Source: Dimorphilus gyrociliatus
Lineage: Eukaryota; Animalia; Annelida
DNA: 64,000 nt
NCBI GenBank assembly: GCA_904063045.1
Contig: CAJFCJ010000005.1
Location: 2,328,588 to 2,392,587 of the forward strand
Direction: 5' to 3'
The number at the start of each line of letters is the position of its first letter. Positions within the stretch are counted from its first letter, which is position 1. A program made the translations under genes and the position numbers. The notes beneath the pieces are model-generated. The model did no database searches, was not told the origin of the DNA, and worked only from the letters and a program-made list of their open reading frames with translations. Positions 1-11,996 of this stretch are shown piece after piece.

Positions 1-346
1 AATCGATTACATGTCGCTGTCGTGAAAGAGGGAAAAAGAAAGGGGAGAAATGGTAAAGAGAGTAAAGAGAGTGAAAAAAGGCAGGGAGAGAGAGAAAGCA
101 AGAGCGAGTTTGTATGTGAGTGAGAGGGGAAAATAGTATGAGGAAGAATAGCGTTTTAATTTCTCCACTGTAGGAATTTTGATTTGCAAAAATAACAAGG
201 TTGAAATAAGAATAGTTTGAGAAAAGGAATACAATATATAATGCAGATGTCGTTGTCTCAGGTTATCTATTTCTCTCTCAATTAAGGAGTGAGTTTTCTT
301 TCTTTGTAACTACTAAATGCAGCTTCCCTTTCCCCATCCCATCAAA

Positions 347-3300
347 TTAACAGGATCGGTTGTTGTTTTCTACCTTTAAAGATTTCATCTCCTTTCGTGC
401 TAAAAATCCTTTATAACTCGCTTGGATCTTAATAGCAGCTTTTTCCGTTTCCGGATCGTCCAGGTCTATATCGATTTCCTCGGCTTCTTCTACTTTTTCC
501 TTCTTTTCTGCATCATCAGCTACGTCTGATTGTTTTTGTTCAACATCTTCATGATGTTTTTCGGCATTTTGCTGTTTACAATATCGACTTTCATACAATT
601 TTTGTGCAGAGAGAAGTGTTACAAACAAGTATATGGATAATAATGGTGAAAATGGAAGGGCTGATGAAAGAGAAGGGGGAACAAAAACAAAATGTATGCA
701 TAAATGGGAAATAGCATAAAAAGAGGATAAATACGAGAAGAACAATATAATCATTTATTCGTTTAGGAATTGGGCCAGAAAGAATAGAATAAAGAATACA
801 ATGTTTACACGTAAAAGATAGTTTCGATGTATCGAACGGATGGATTTATAGTTAGGACCTGATACGAGAGAAAGCCATTTAGGCAAAAGGGTCGATTATA
901 TTAACGAAACTCGCCTAGGGAACAGAATAAAGAGTCGGTTCCCCGCTGGAATTTCGACCATAGAATAGTCCTTAGTCAAACGATAAAAAAAAGGACGACA
1001 AAGTTCCTTTTAAAAATTGTTTGCCTTTTTTTTTTAAATAAAACAAAGCAAACTCAAAAAATAAAAACTAATAGACATACAACAACTTTGAGTATTGATT
1101 GTTTTTTATATATATATACTGTATATACTATATAGTATATAAACTAATCAATAAGGTCTAGAGAGAAGAAACACATCTAATTTAAATACCTTTTATATCT
1201 CTTTTATTTTGCCTCAAAACCCATTCCAGTTGGAGAAATATATAAATATCTATTTATATATATATTACACAAATATTACAACTTAAACATAGTTCTTTGT
1301 TTCTTTTAGCGTTGTTTAAGCATTGCGGAAAAAAAGTAATAGTTTGTTTTTAATGTAAAAAATATATAGTTCTCTTTTACAAAATGGAAAACGGTATGAT
1401 ATTTAGAGAGAGAGAGAGAGAGAGAGACGTAGATGGAGGGGCCATTCAGAAATATAAGGAAGAGATAATCGTAAAAGTAGGAGGAAGTGGAGGACAGTTA
1501 TTGATTGTTTATTAATAATACTATTGTTATTATTCAAATTTCATTGATTGATTGATTGGTTGATTGATTGATTTGATTGATTTATAGTTTGTTTATTTGT
1601 TCTTCATTGTTTTTATTCGTTTTCTTGTCTAAATACAGTCTGGAAGAAGATAAAGTTTTCCTTTTTTTTTCTTTTATATGAAGATAAAACGTACAGAAGA
1701 GAAGAGGAAAAAAGAGTAAGCTGTGTGTGATCATGCATAACTACGAGATCCCGTGTAAACGACTGATGCTATTTTACTTCTTAGCACTACTATTTTCTCC
1801 TTGTTCGGTTTTCTTAACGGCATTATCACTCTTCTTTGCTCCGCCTTTAAAACCTCTAAATTTCGATTGAATCTTTAGAGCAGCTTTCTCAACTTCTGGA
1901 TCCTTTAAATCAATATCAATTTCTTCTTCGACCGCTCCTACTTTGTCCGTATCCGATTTTTTACCTGCTTCCGCCATTCCTTTTTTGTTTGTATAGAGAA
2001 AAACGAATAGTATCGATTCAACAAATAAATCTAAACGCAATTTTACCCAATTTAAGTTTTAGAAAGGGAAAAAAGCGTCTCCTTTTCCTAATACACTAAA
2101 ACGACTTTTAATTTTGTACCTTATCTCTCCGTACACGTACGCGATTATGCACTAAAGTCAATAAATCATCGGATAAGTCGCACGCAAATCAATTAGAACG
2201 GAAACGAACTAGAAACGCTGGCTATTCAGCCAATATAATTAAAAATCTGCAACGTATTGAATAAAAAACCAAGCTATAAACCCTATTCCTGCCAATAATC
2301 TAATGTACATCAAAGAAAACTGTCAAATTATTTCACTATGAACAATATCCTATATAATTAATACAATTATGGGTAGCAATAGCACAAAAAATCTGTAGTA
2401 AGGCGGCAAGGGCCAATGTAAAGAGTGACGGGAGCGATTTAAGCTACAAACAGTCGCTCAGCTTGGTTGCTGTGACCTAAAGCTAAAATGACGAACCTCT
2501 AAGCAACTAGCGACATTTGTCGATCGTGTTCGCTAATTAGAAATGATCAATAAGTGGCATTAGTCGTGGCGGGCGATCGCTTAGTAATATAAGCCTTTAA
2601 ATACACCTTTTTATACTGAAAAGGCGTCTGATCGATCGAAAAAGAATTTCCCTATTACGAATACCAGTACAGTAGAAATAGAGAGCGTAGCATCTGCATA
2701 TATATATATATATATATATACAGTATATATATTTTTTTTTAAAAGAAACGCTCTCGGCGAACTCATTGCTAAGGGACAAGGACGATAAACTATATATATT
2801 TAGAAAGAAGGAAGAGTATTGAATCGATTGGTTTTTTAGAAAATTCTCAAAAGCTTTTCAATAATGCAAGTTGCCATTTTTATTAAAATCGTTACAATTT
2901 CTCTCTGAAATTGCTATTGGCAATATAAGTGAACCTTTAAAATCAATTTTTTGTACCATCTTATCCGCAACGCCGCTCAATAAAACCGCCTTAATCAATT
3001 TTCACATAATAAAACATTTAGAAAGAAAACAACTCTAGTTGTGCAAGTTGGTATGCTGGGGAAAAAAGAGACAGGGTTCTTTCCGTGCTCGTCGAGGATA
3101 AAGGGAATGAATAGATGAGAGAAGGAGAAGGAAAAACCGGTAGTAAAGCGCATCAATCAATTCCTACTCCGAATTATTCCTATTGCTCATAAATAACATT
3201 TGCGTTTTCTCTCTTTCAATCTCGCTTGTTCCTTTTCGACTTTTCGCCTTTTCGACTTTTCACCCATTTCTCTTAATATGGATTTAATAATGCAAAAATT

Positions 3301-6300
3301 GTGCTGGCGAACAAACATACAAACTAGTCTCTAGGATAAGCCGATTAAATTTATTTCTAAGATATATTAGGGACTTGAAAACGGGCAGGCAAGTTGAAAG
3401 AGAAAGGGAAAAGAGAGAGAGAGAATGAGAGAGATAGACAGACAGAGAGACTGACAGAGAGGTATTGGGGAAAAACGGATGTAAAATTGGTTAAAGAAAA
3501 AAGAATTTACATAGCTTAGGAAAAGGAATATGTAAATTAACCATTTCGATCATCCCGATCATCTTTATTTATTTTTACGCTCGACGCCGCCTCTTCATAT
3601 TAATGCATAAGTAATAATTTGAATAATGCTAGACGTTCATTACATTGATTGAGTTCTGTCGTTAAGCCTCTTGCGTCTAGTTACGGCATAAACTTAACAA
3701 TTTTTTTAATCTATAAAATCCCCAATATAGACATAAAAAAGAGGGGGTGGGAAAAGGAAAGAAAGAAAGAAAGAGACAGAGATACAGAGAGGGGAAAAGA
3801 GAAAGAGAGAGTGACAGAGAGAGAGAGAGAGAAATAGGAGAGAAAATTGAAATAATGGACAAAAGGTAAGAAATGTTAGGCGTTTTCGCTTCAAAAGTTA
3901 ATGAAAAACAAACCTGCGTACGTGTACAGAGTCAATAAACTGCCTAAATATCTATTAAATACGTCTAAATGTACATCGAAAATAAATTTAACTATATAAT
4001 TATTAAATGCATTATAGAAATAATGCACTAAGATAAACCTGAGAAAATTATACTTACGTATTCTGAACTATCGAATTGATAGATGAAGAGTGTGAGAGAG
4101 AGAGAAAAGGAATGCCGATAGAGCTAACAAATCACCTGTTAGACGCCGAGTAGTGAATGACGCTTAGACGTCGGTTCTGCAACCAACCAGACACAACGCT
4201 CGTAGCCGTTCTGCTTAGAACGCCACACCTACGCGCAATAGAATAAACGAGCCAAACTTTGGTATACTTTGTTTTTGTCATAACCTTTTAGACAGGAGAA
4301 GAGGAGAAAAGGATAGGGGATGTTTAAATATTGTACCGGCAGATGTTCTTAGCTGTTCTATTATGAAAGCTTAATTCTTTAAGAACGGACGTCTCTCTAA
4401 ATTTTTTTTGACAAAATCCGATTTTACAAACGAATAGCATTATCTTAAAGAAGTGGGAATGCATAGTTTTTTTTTGCTCTCGTTTTTTTTTCACTTGGCA
4501 AGTTATTAAAACCGGAAGCGTAAAAAGAAAATGAAAATTACAGATTTTACAAACTACCAATTATTTTACTAATTATCCATCTAACGATCGTATGTCATCA
4601 AACTGGAATGGGGAAGATGGGAGAAAGAGGCAATTTTTCGAGAGAGATAGCTTTTAGCTACGGGGGCGTTATATATATTAGTTATACAGTAATTCATTCG
4701 TGCAATCACAAGATGGCGTTTTTGTGTGATTAATTAATTGGTAAAAAGCTAACTAAATACACTGAAAGTACAAAAAGACAAAATGTTACTTAAGGGGAGG
4801 GGCTGAGGAAATTTTTTCACATAATCGTTTATGATTTTTTAATCCAATTAAAATATCAATTAGTAGGGTGAAAACAGGATGGAACCAAAAAGGGACAAAG
4901 TTAAAAAATCCACCTACCTCATCACCTTGAGCCTGTTCTTCGTCTACTTTATCCTCAGACTGGATTTTAGCTGTTTCTCCGTCAGTTGAGTCTACTGGTG
5001 CTGGAAAACAAAACATCTATTGTACGATTGGTCTCTTTCTGTGTAGTTACTATTCACCTTCTGGTTCAGTAACTGGTTCAACATCTGGTTCAGCGTCGCG
5101 TTGAGAGTTTTCCGCTGCCTTACTCTCCCTATAATAATGATTTTTAGGCAATTAGAAAGAGAGAACGAGGGATGGGAGTGACAGACGTACTAATCTCATA
5201 TATTAAAACGTACCTGAGCTCTTTAACAACCTGACGATCATGATAGCCTCTATAAGAAGACTGAATCTTCGTTGCTGCTTTTTCTTGTCGTTTAGTGTCA
5301 ACAACCTATAATAAACACATGAATAATTGTACATAGAAATACATTCTTTTTCTGAATACTAGTTATTTGTGTCCTCTCCTTTCGAACGAAGAGAAAAACA
5401 ACCAAATAAAGGTAATATCTCCTAATAGTACTCTCACATACCTTCTTAGCGTTGTATTGTCTATACGAAGTCTGTATTTTGAGCGCTGCATCTTGTTGTT
5501 GTGGATTGCTTGGATCAATATCTGGTTTCTAAAAGGATTAATGAAAACAATAAAGATAAAAATATATATTCAAAAGTTGTATTACCTGGAAAGCTTTATT
5601 ATTATATTGACGATCTTCTAAAGAGGCTGCCTGAGCAGCAGGGTCTTTTCCGGTTTCTAATAGAGGAGAGGAAAGAAAAAAAAAACCAAAAATAAAAACA
5701 ATGAATAGATAATTTCAAATGAAAATTAATATCTTTCTCTTTTTGTTTTCCCTTTTTACTGTAGAAAGTATTATTTAATGTATCAATCCAATGGATAATT
5801 AAGCTAATTATAATAATAAAGGCCTATAATTAATTTATACAAATACAACAAATACACATACAAGAACACCAACAATACTGAATGTTATATTTATGTATAT
5901 ACTGTATATAGAATCTAGCTATATTTAAAGACATGCTAGGCCTAACATTTATAATTGTGAATATCGATCATGCAATTTGTTCACAACAAAGAATATCAAT
6001 GAACAACCTAGAAATAATAATAATAATAATATTTCATTCTTTTTCTCATGCTATAGGCCTCTCTGGAGACTTGTAACAAACTATACTGAATAGGCAAAAA
6101 TAAAGAAAGAGGGGAGAAATTATACATAGTTATTTTAATGAATGTAATAATTTCTAATAAAAATATATATATCTTATATATTCAATATCTATTTTTGGCG
6201 CTTGTTTTTTTTTTTAAAAAAAAAAAGAAAAGAAACTATTAATATGAAACTCTTTCTAATTATTACTATTACGACAGTTATAAATTATTACTATAATACC

Positions 6301-6953
6301 ATTTTTAGTATTACTATTCTTAATTGGCCCATTTCTAGAGTTCTCTCCTAAAATTGACATACTATTAGCATTATCATCCGTATGCTTTCCTAAAGCCATT
6401 GACGTCGGCGATGTTGTAACATCTCCTCTAGTTTCTTTCGACCATGAACTCTTTCCAGCTTTACTTATTGTATATCTTCTCGTAAACATACAAGGACATA
6501 ATGCTTGTCCCATGTTTAACAGTTCTTTTTTTTATCTCCTCTCTTTCTCTTGTAAAAGTTGAAGGTATAAGCTATAAGTCTCGTTTCGTATTATCCTTTA
6601 AACTACGGTCAATAGATAAAGAGGATAAAGTAGCGACAAGTAGAGAGAGAGAGAGAGGGAGGCAAAACAAGAGTTGAAAGATTACGAAAGAAAAGTAGAT
6701 AAGGATTCTACGTTTCTTTCCAAAATAATGCTCTCTTTGGACTTTTCCAATAAATTTTATATGTTTTAATTTCTTCAAACAATTCTTTTATCTTTAAAAG
6801 ATAATAGTCCTTCCTTTTAAAGTGTTCCTCTTTCCTTTACTTAAGTAAACTGATATTAGTCGCGAAATATCAGCAAAATAAAGGATCTTCTTTTCAATCT
6901 TTTATCATAAAATATTTTTATTACCAATGTAGAGCAGAGGTGAGAGAGAGAAT

Positions 6954-6987
<34 letters not shown>

Positions 6988-8841
6988 ATTATTCAATTCT
7001 TTTTCTTTTCTTTCATATACATATAGATATATAGATAAAAGATTGTGCGATGTCTTCTCTTTTAGTAAATTCTGTGGTAAAGTTCGTTATGAGAAAAAAA
7101 AGAAAAGAAAATTATTCAATCAACTCAGTTTATTTCGTATCCTAATTCTTTTTTTGTACAGTAACAAAATTTTGGTGTGAAAAATATTGTTATAAATGGA
7201 ATATGAGATAAAGAGAGATATATCTTGTGCTTGGAGGGTGAAGGAAGAGGGTAAAATAGACAGAGACTGAGAGACAATGAGGGGAAGGGGTGAGAGGAAA
7301 AGAGATAAATTAAAGAAAAGAATGAGTAAGTAAATAAATAAGAGAAACTATGTATGACAGAAAAGGTGAAGATTGTTATAAAAGAGATATTTTGTTTCAT
7401 AACAGCCTAGTAAGTGATAAGAAGTGTTTCCTCCCAATATATCTAATATTGTTATATGTATGCATATTTTGCTAAAATCAATATTTTACGAGCTAGTACA
7501 GTCTAGCGTTTATACTTGCATTTAACAGTGCAACTCAGCATGTCAATTGCTAAAATCTTAGGGTTAGTTTACAACCTATATATACATGTATACTTGTATT
7601 TAATTATTGTAATTATAAAAATATCTGTTTTTTAGTTTACTTTGCTAAAAAACCTGTCTCATATACACAAATACAAACACACATACACATGTATAATGGG
7701 AAATAAAGAGAGGGAGGGAGAGAGAGAGCGAGAGAGAGAGAGAAACAAACAAATAAAATGTAATATTTTGTTTCTTTTCTATCAATGTCTCTCTTTCATA
7801 TTTTCCAACGCTATATAAAAAAAATTAATATGCCACCGGTATCATATTTAGTTAATTTATTTATAAAAACCCTATTGAATTCTGAATGGCAAAATATTTT
7901 TAATGGCACTTTTTTGCATATAAATAGTTTACTTTATAGTTTTGTCAATTACATTATACTTTCTTTAGATAATAAACTGTATACAAAGCAAACCTTAGGA
8001 AATCTCTTATCACTTTATAGTTAGAGGAAAACTAATTATTATAAAGAAGAGAGTATTTTTTATTAATTATATCTCTTTGAAGACTAAAGGGTGATGGAGA
8101 GAGAAAAAAGGTTTAAACAAAATTTATATACAGCGTTCGTATATATAAATAGAAAAAAAAGAGAAAATGGATATATTAATTTTTTTCTAGGAGAACAAAT
8201 AGATATGGTTGAAGAAAAAAAAATTATACTAAAGATGATAGAGAGATGGAAAGAAAAGGAAAAGAATATAAGAAGAAAGAATAAGAGAAAAAGGATAACC
8301 TTTTTCTCCTTTTTTTTTCCTCAAATATAAATAGAAATTAATGAGTTGATCTATCTAAGTATTAAACAAAAAAAAACCTCCTAAAAACATAAAGGGAAGA
8401 ATTGAAATAAAACTTACGAATGCTATCTCAATAAAGCTGCGATATTAATGCGAAAAGTTTTAGCACTCTGACGGCTACGCTAACCAATTGATTGGTAAAG
8501 GTATACCAATAAATTCATACATAGTTAAAGGTAGAACGAATTGTTATTACAATGTGAATCGCGTTGATGTAAAGAACAAATACCGCATATAAACAGGTAA
8601 AAGCGAGTGACGTCACCATCCTCCTCCAGGTGTGCATATATGCATAAATATATGTGTATGCATACGTACTAAGATATATACATTGTATACATATACATAC
8701 ATACATACATACATACATACATACATACAATGCACACGAAAAGAGAAAGAGGTAGTTTAAGCAAACACTTAAGAGGGAAGGGCGGCGTCGCAAGCGTCAC
8801 TTTTATTTTTAGGTTGATTAAATTATTAAATTTGATATATG

Positions 8842-8879
<38 letters not shown>

Positions 8880-11800
8880 CATCCTTTTTTGATAAAGTGA
8901 TTGACTTATCAAAAGGAAAAAAGAACTTTAAAGTCTAAAGCCTTAAAAGAAAAAGATAAAGAAAGACATTTTCAATTCTTTTTCTTCAACTTTTTTAATT
9001 AACTTTCCTAAAAGTTAAATTAAAATTAAATTAGGTCTTTCTTTGTTGACAAATTAATTAAAATATAACAATTATACATATACGATTATATATGCCTAAT
9101 TTCATTCAAGCAAAAGCTACTCTTTATTAGTAGTAAATTTTAATTAGGGTTGGGCAATAAGACTACGAGGTAAAGAGATAAATATTTGGGGGAATAGGAC
9201 GTAAAATTTTGGGAATAGATTGATTTAATAGAAATCTCTCACTTTCGGTTCGTTCATTAAAGTTTACTAGATGGCGTATTAGAGCGTGTTAATAGAATAC
9301 AGTGCACAAAAAAAGCGCTGTTCTTCTATAAACATACAGCTATTGTTTCACCCACCATTCTCGTCTCCTTTACTGACCACGCCTTCATCGTCCGTTGCTT
9401 GAGTTACGATAATACCGATTTTATTGTTCTTTTCGGTAATATCATTTTCTTCGTCTTCTACATGCTCCCCATCAAATATCCTAGTAGAATGCTTATGTTC
9501 TTCCTTATCTCCTTCTTTAATCGTTTTATCCGTTTCGATGGTTACCCTTTTTTCTAATGTATCTTCATCGTCGCCTTTGGCTGTTCCCTCAGTTTTTATA
9601 ACCTGATGAACAATCGTTTCCTTACAAATACTCTCATCGTTTCCTTCCTCTCTTATAGTAGACTTCAACTCCTTTTCGCTGACAAACGATATTACTGTCT
9701 TCGACCCTTTTGCATCATTTATTCTTACTTCTTCCCCTTGCGAATCCTTGTTAACCGGGTTCCGTATAACGGTCACCTCCTGCGCTTGATTAGGTTTCTC
9801 TACTTTTCCATCTTCTTCAACATTCTCAGAAGGTTTTTCTTCTTTCTCATTAGTTGAATCGTTACAAATTTCTTCTACCGGTTTATCAATTTTCTCCTGT
9901 TTGCCGGCTTCCTCTGATTTTATTTGATCATCTTGAGGTTCGTTATCGTTAATATTCTTTTCATCAGCCTCTTTACTTCCCGTACAACCCATATTAATTT
10001 TCCGAAGTTATTACTAAAAACAGAAAATTACAAAAACTTGCCAGTATAAGTTCTCTGCCGCTCAGACTGCCTGCCTTTATGTTCTTGTAACAGGTGTTTC
10101 GAATAAAAAAAAACTTTTGTACAGAAGTTAGAATCCGCTCATATAAGTCAGTTTTCTATAATTTTTTGTTTTTGATAAATAGATTCTTTTCAAGGATAAT
10201 CTATCAAATAATCTTCTTTAGTCAGGAGATTTCAATAAAAATTTGTAATCTCCCCAAAATTACTTGCTATTTAAACTTTGATGAATAAGAATAAGGCTGT
10301 AAAACTAGTTATAAAACAAGACAGCACCAACAAAGTGCAGTGTGCAACTCGCAGCCGGCGGGGAAAATGATAGTAAACACTCCTTGTCTGACCAATCCGA
10401 GGCGCCACGCCTACCACCGCTTGTCTCCTCTCTTATCGCATAAATCACTTTAATTAGGCCTAATGTTTGCTCCAAACTTCCGTTTGTCTAGTTTAGATGT
10501 ATTAAAAAAAAAAACTTTTTCAACTCTCACTGCCTCCCTTCTTCTTTCTCCTCTCCCCTTTTCAATCTCTCTCTCACTCTTTCTCAATTCCTTATACTAT
10601 TAAATTGACATAAACTATATACTGTATGTATATATATATATATGAAAAGAATACGAATAAAAGAGGGAATGGGGCATTTTTTTTAACGATCCCGTCAAAT
10701 TCGTATCGTCCTTGAATAAAAAAAAACTCTATTTTTACAACGTGTTGGCGGCTATATGTTACGAAATCAATTAGTAATTGTTATAATAACTGTTAAAGAG
10801 CATTGGAATGAGGGAACAGAGGGAAGAAAATTAAGATAGGAATGACAGAAGGAGAGAGTAGGAAGATAGATTAACATGCAGTTAATACAAGTATACAAGA
10901 ATATATATATATATATATATTATTCTCCTCCTTTACTTCTTTCTCTCTATCTATCTATCTATCTCTCTCTCTCTCGCTCTCTCTAATCTCTTGGCTTTGT
11001 TTTATAATTATGGGAAAAAGAGAAATTATCGTATAGAGTTCTTATAAATCGTCTCGTTCTATTTTTCTTCGAAAAAGCAAAAGGATAAGACGTTGATAAA
11101 GAGGAGTCAGAAGTTGATTACAAACTAAAAGTGATTTAGTGCCGCTGTGTTGATTCCTCAATCGTCGTGGTACTCAAAACAGTTTAAACTAGAACAAAGA
11201 TAAATGGCAAATGGTTCCATTTTATCTTCTCTCCACTTCTATCTTTATATTCGTTTCGAAAAACATTTGAGATTACGTAACGCCAACGTTTTAACCCGCT
11301 GCCCTTAATCCCTGCAACCCCCATCTTACATTCGCAGATGCTTCGTATAAATAGTTGCACATTGGACGTAATATGAATCTTTCATTTATATTAGCCATCA
11401 TCGTAGAGTTAGACTTTATGGGCTTGCAGATGTAAAAAAAAAAGAAAAAAAAAAGAAAGGCCTCTATTGTGCTGGCCTCTGTCGTCAGTTTACACCACTT
11501 AAAACATTAAACCAAAAAGATTTGGGATTTTAGAGAATAGAATAATAAAACGAAAAATGCCTTTTATCTTAGGTTCTCCTTTTACATTTCGTCTTATGGT
11601 ACAACTGTATAGAATTGTATACTCTAAAATAAACACATACAGTATCTAGATAAACAATATCTGGTTACCGAATATTGGACAACACCATTTTTGAAACAAT
11701 ACAGAGAACTTTGTAATATAGTAAATTGGACTTACGTTTTCTCTCCTCTAATAATTTCTCGAAATATAATGCTGAAAATGCGCATATATCTTGTGGCTGA

Positions 11801-11996
11801 GTCCTTAGCACCTCTCTTGCCAATCCTTCTAGCAATGCTTGGAAACCGCGTGGGACTCGAACTTTACCCCTTACATTCGTAAAGGGTACACCCGCTGATG
11901 GACTTCTAATAAGATGTAAATATCTCCTTTAAATTGACTATATTTTCTCGCCAATTGATATACTCACGGATATTGTACTGATTGATTCTCAGACAT
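347..11996 (-). CDS. SPA17: Sp17 (sperm surface protein 17)-like protein, long isoform: RIIa D/D domain plus three IQ motifs, about 282 aa
   Basis: Hand-built exons 11996-11968, 11926-11736, 5656-5586, 5528-5442, 5305-5214, 5128-5058, 5000-4918 and 571-347 all have GT/AG sites and stay in frame. Exon 2 encodes VPFTNVRGKVRVPRGFQALLEGLAREVLRTQPQDICAFSALYFEKLLEER, matching the Sp17 RIIa domain (IPFSNTHYRIPQGFGNLLEGLTREILREQP). Exon 3 encodes TGKDPAAQAASLEDRQYNNKAF, matching Sp17 TNFDPAEWGSKVEDRFYNNHAF. IQ motifs: KIQTSYRQY, KIQSSYRGY, KIQASYKGF. The join from 4918 to 571 rests on phase only. Confidence 0.8.
1405..1427. repeat. (AG)n microsatellite, one of many AG/TA tracts in 1-15 kb
   Basis: Directly visible dinucleotide tract. 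Confidence 0.95.
1546..1581. repeat. (GATT)n tetranucleotide tract
   Basis: Imperfect GATT repeats. Confidence 0.85.
1774..1977 (-). CDS. PEP-19/PCP4-like acidic-IQ peptide, 67 aa, or an alternative terminal exon of the Sp17-like locus
   Basis: MAEAGKK...EEEIDIDLKDPEVEKAALKIQSKFRGFK resembles PEP-19 [26 protein letters not shown]. The exon starts at 1979 after a phase-1 AG; a non-coding donor (AG|GTACAA) lies at 2120/2119. Confidence 0.75.
   Translation of the reverse strand: MAEAGKKSDTDKVGAVEEEIDIDLKDPEVEKAALKIQSKFRGFKGGAKKSDNAVKKTEQGENSSAKK
3232..3263. repeat. Short 8-bp tandem repeat CTTTTCG(A/C), about 4 units
   Basis: cttttcga cttttcgc cttttcga cttttcac. Confidence 0.85.
6300..6513 (-). 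CDS. Alternative first coding exon with acylation signal (MGQALCPC)
   Basis: ATG at 6513, 71 codons plus 1 nt to donor ATG|GTATTA at 6300/6299. Phase 1, in frame with the exon at 5656. Unspliced, it reads through to a stop at 6256. Confidence 0.55.
8607..8616. promoter_or_regulatory. CRE/ATF-type palindrome GTGACGTCAC
   Basis: Perfect 10-bp palindrome inside the large Sp17 intron, between the two acylated exons. Confidence 0.45.
8693..8728. repeat. (ATAC)n microsatellite
   Basis: Directly visible tetranucleotide tract. Confidence 0.9.
9348..9992 (-). CDS. MGCxxS dual-acylated, acidic, disordered protein (214 aa ORF); probable alternative first exon of the Sp17-like locus
   Basis: ORF starts MGCTGSK and is E/K/D-rich low complexity. 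A phase-1 donor ATG|GTGGGT at 9356/9355 sits two codons before the stop and is in frame with the exon at 5656. Confidence 0.75.
   Translation of the reverse strand: MGCTGSKEADEKNINDNEPQDDQIKSEEAGKQEKIDKPVEEICNDSTNEKEEKPSENVEEDGKVEKPNQAQEVTVIRNPVNKDSQGEEVRINDAKGSKTVISFVSEKELKSTIREEGNDESICKETIVHQVIKTEGTAKGDDEDTLEKRVTIETDKTIKEGDKEEHKHSTRIFDGEHVEDEENDITEKNNKIGIIVTQATDDEGVVSKGDENGG

Noticed and set aside
3150-3290. 26-codon minus-strand ORF MGEKSKRRKVEKEQARLKERKRKCYL
   Set aside because: Mostly generated by the CTTTTCGA tandem repeat and purine tracts; too short to support.
3649-3894. ORFs rich in ER/RE or SL/LS repeats (also 7-234, 6572-6778, 7125-7400, 8515-8793)
   Set aside because: They are translations of AG/TC, TA and ATAC microsatellites, with no homology or splice support.
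8883-8916. Imperfect hairpin CCTTTT..GATAAAGT/ACTTATCAAAAGG
   Set aside because: Short and AT-rich, as expected by chance; no second copy or target-site duplication to suggest a MITE.
11560-11631. Short alternative stop exon after the RIIa exon (QYTILYSCTIRRNVKENLR*)
   Set aside because: AG and phase fit, but the real Sp17 continuation is clearly the exon at 5656, and this one has no homology.
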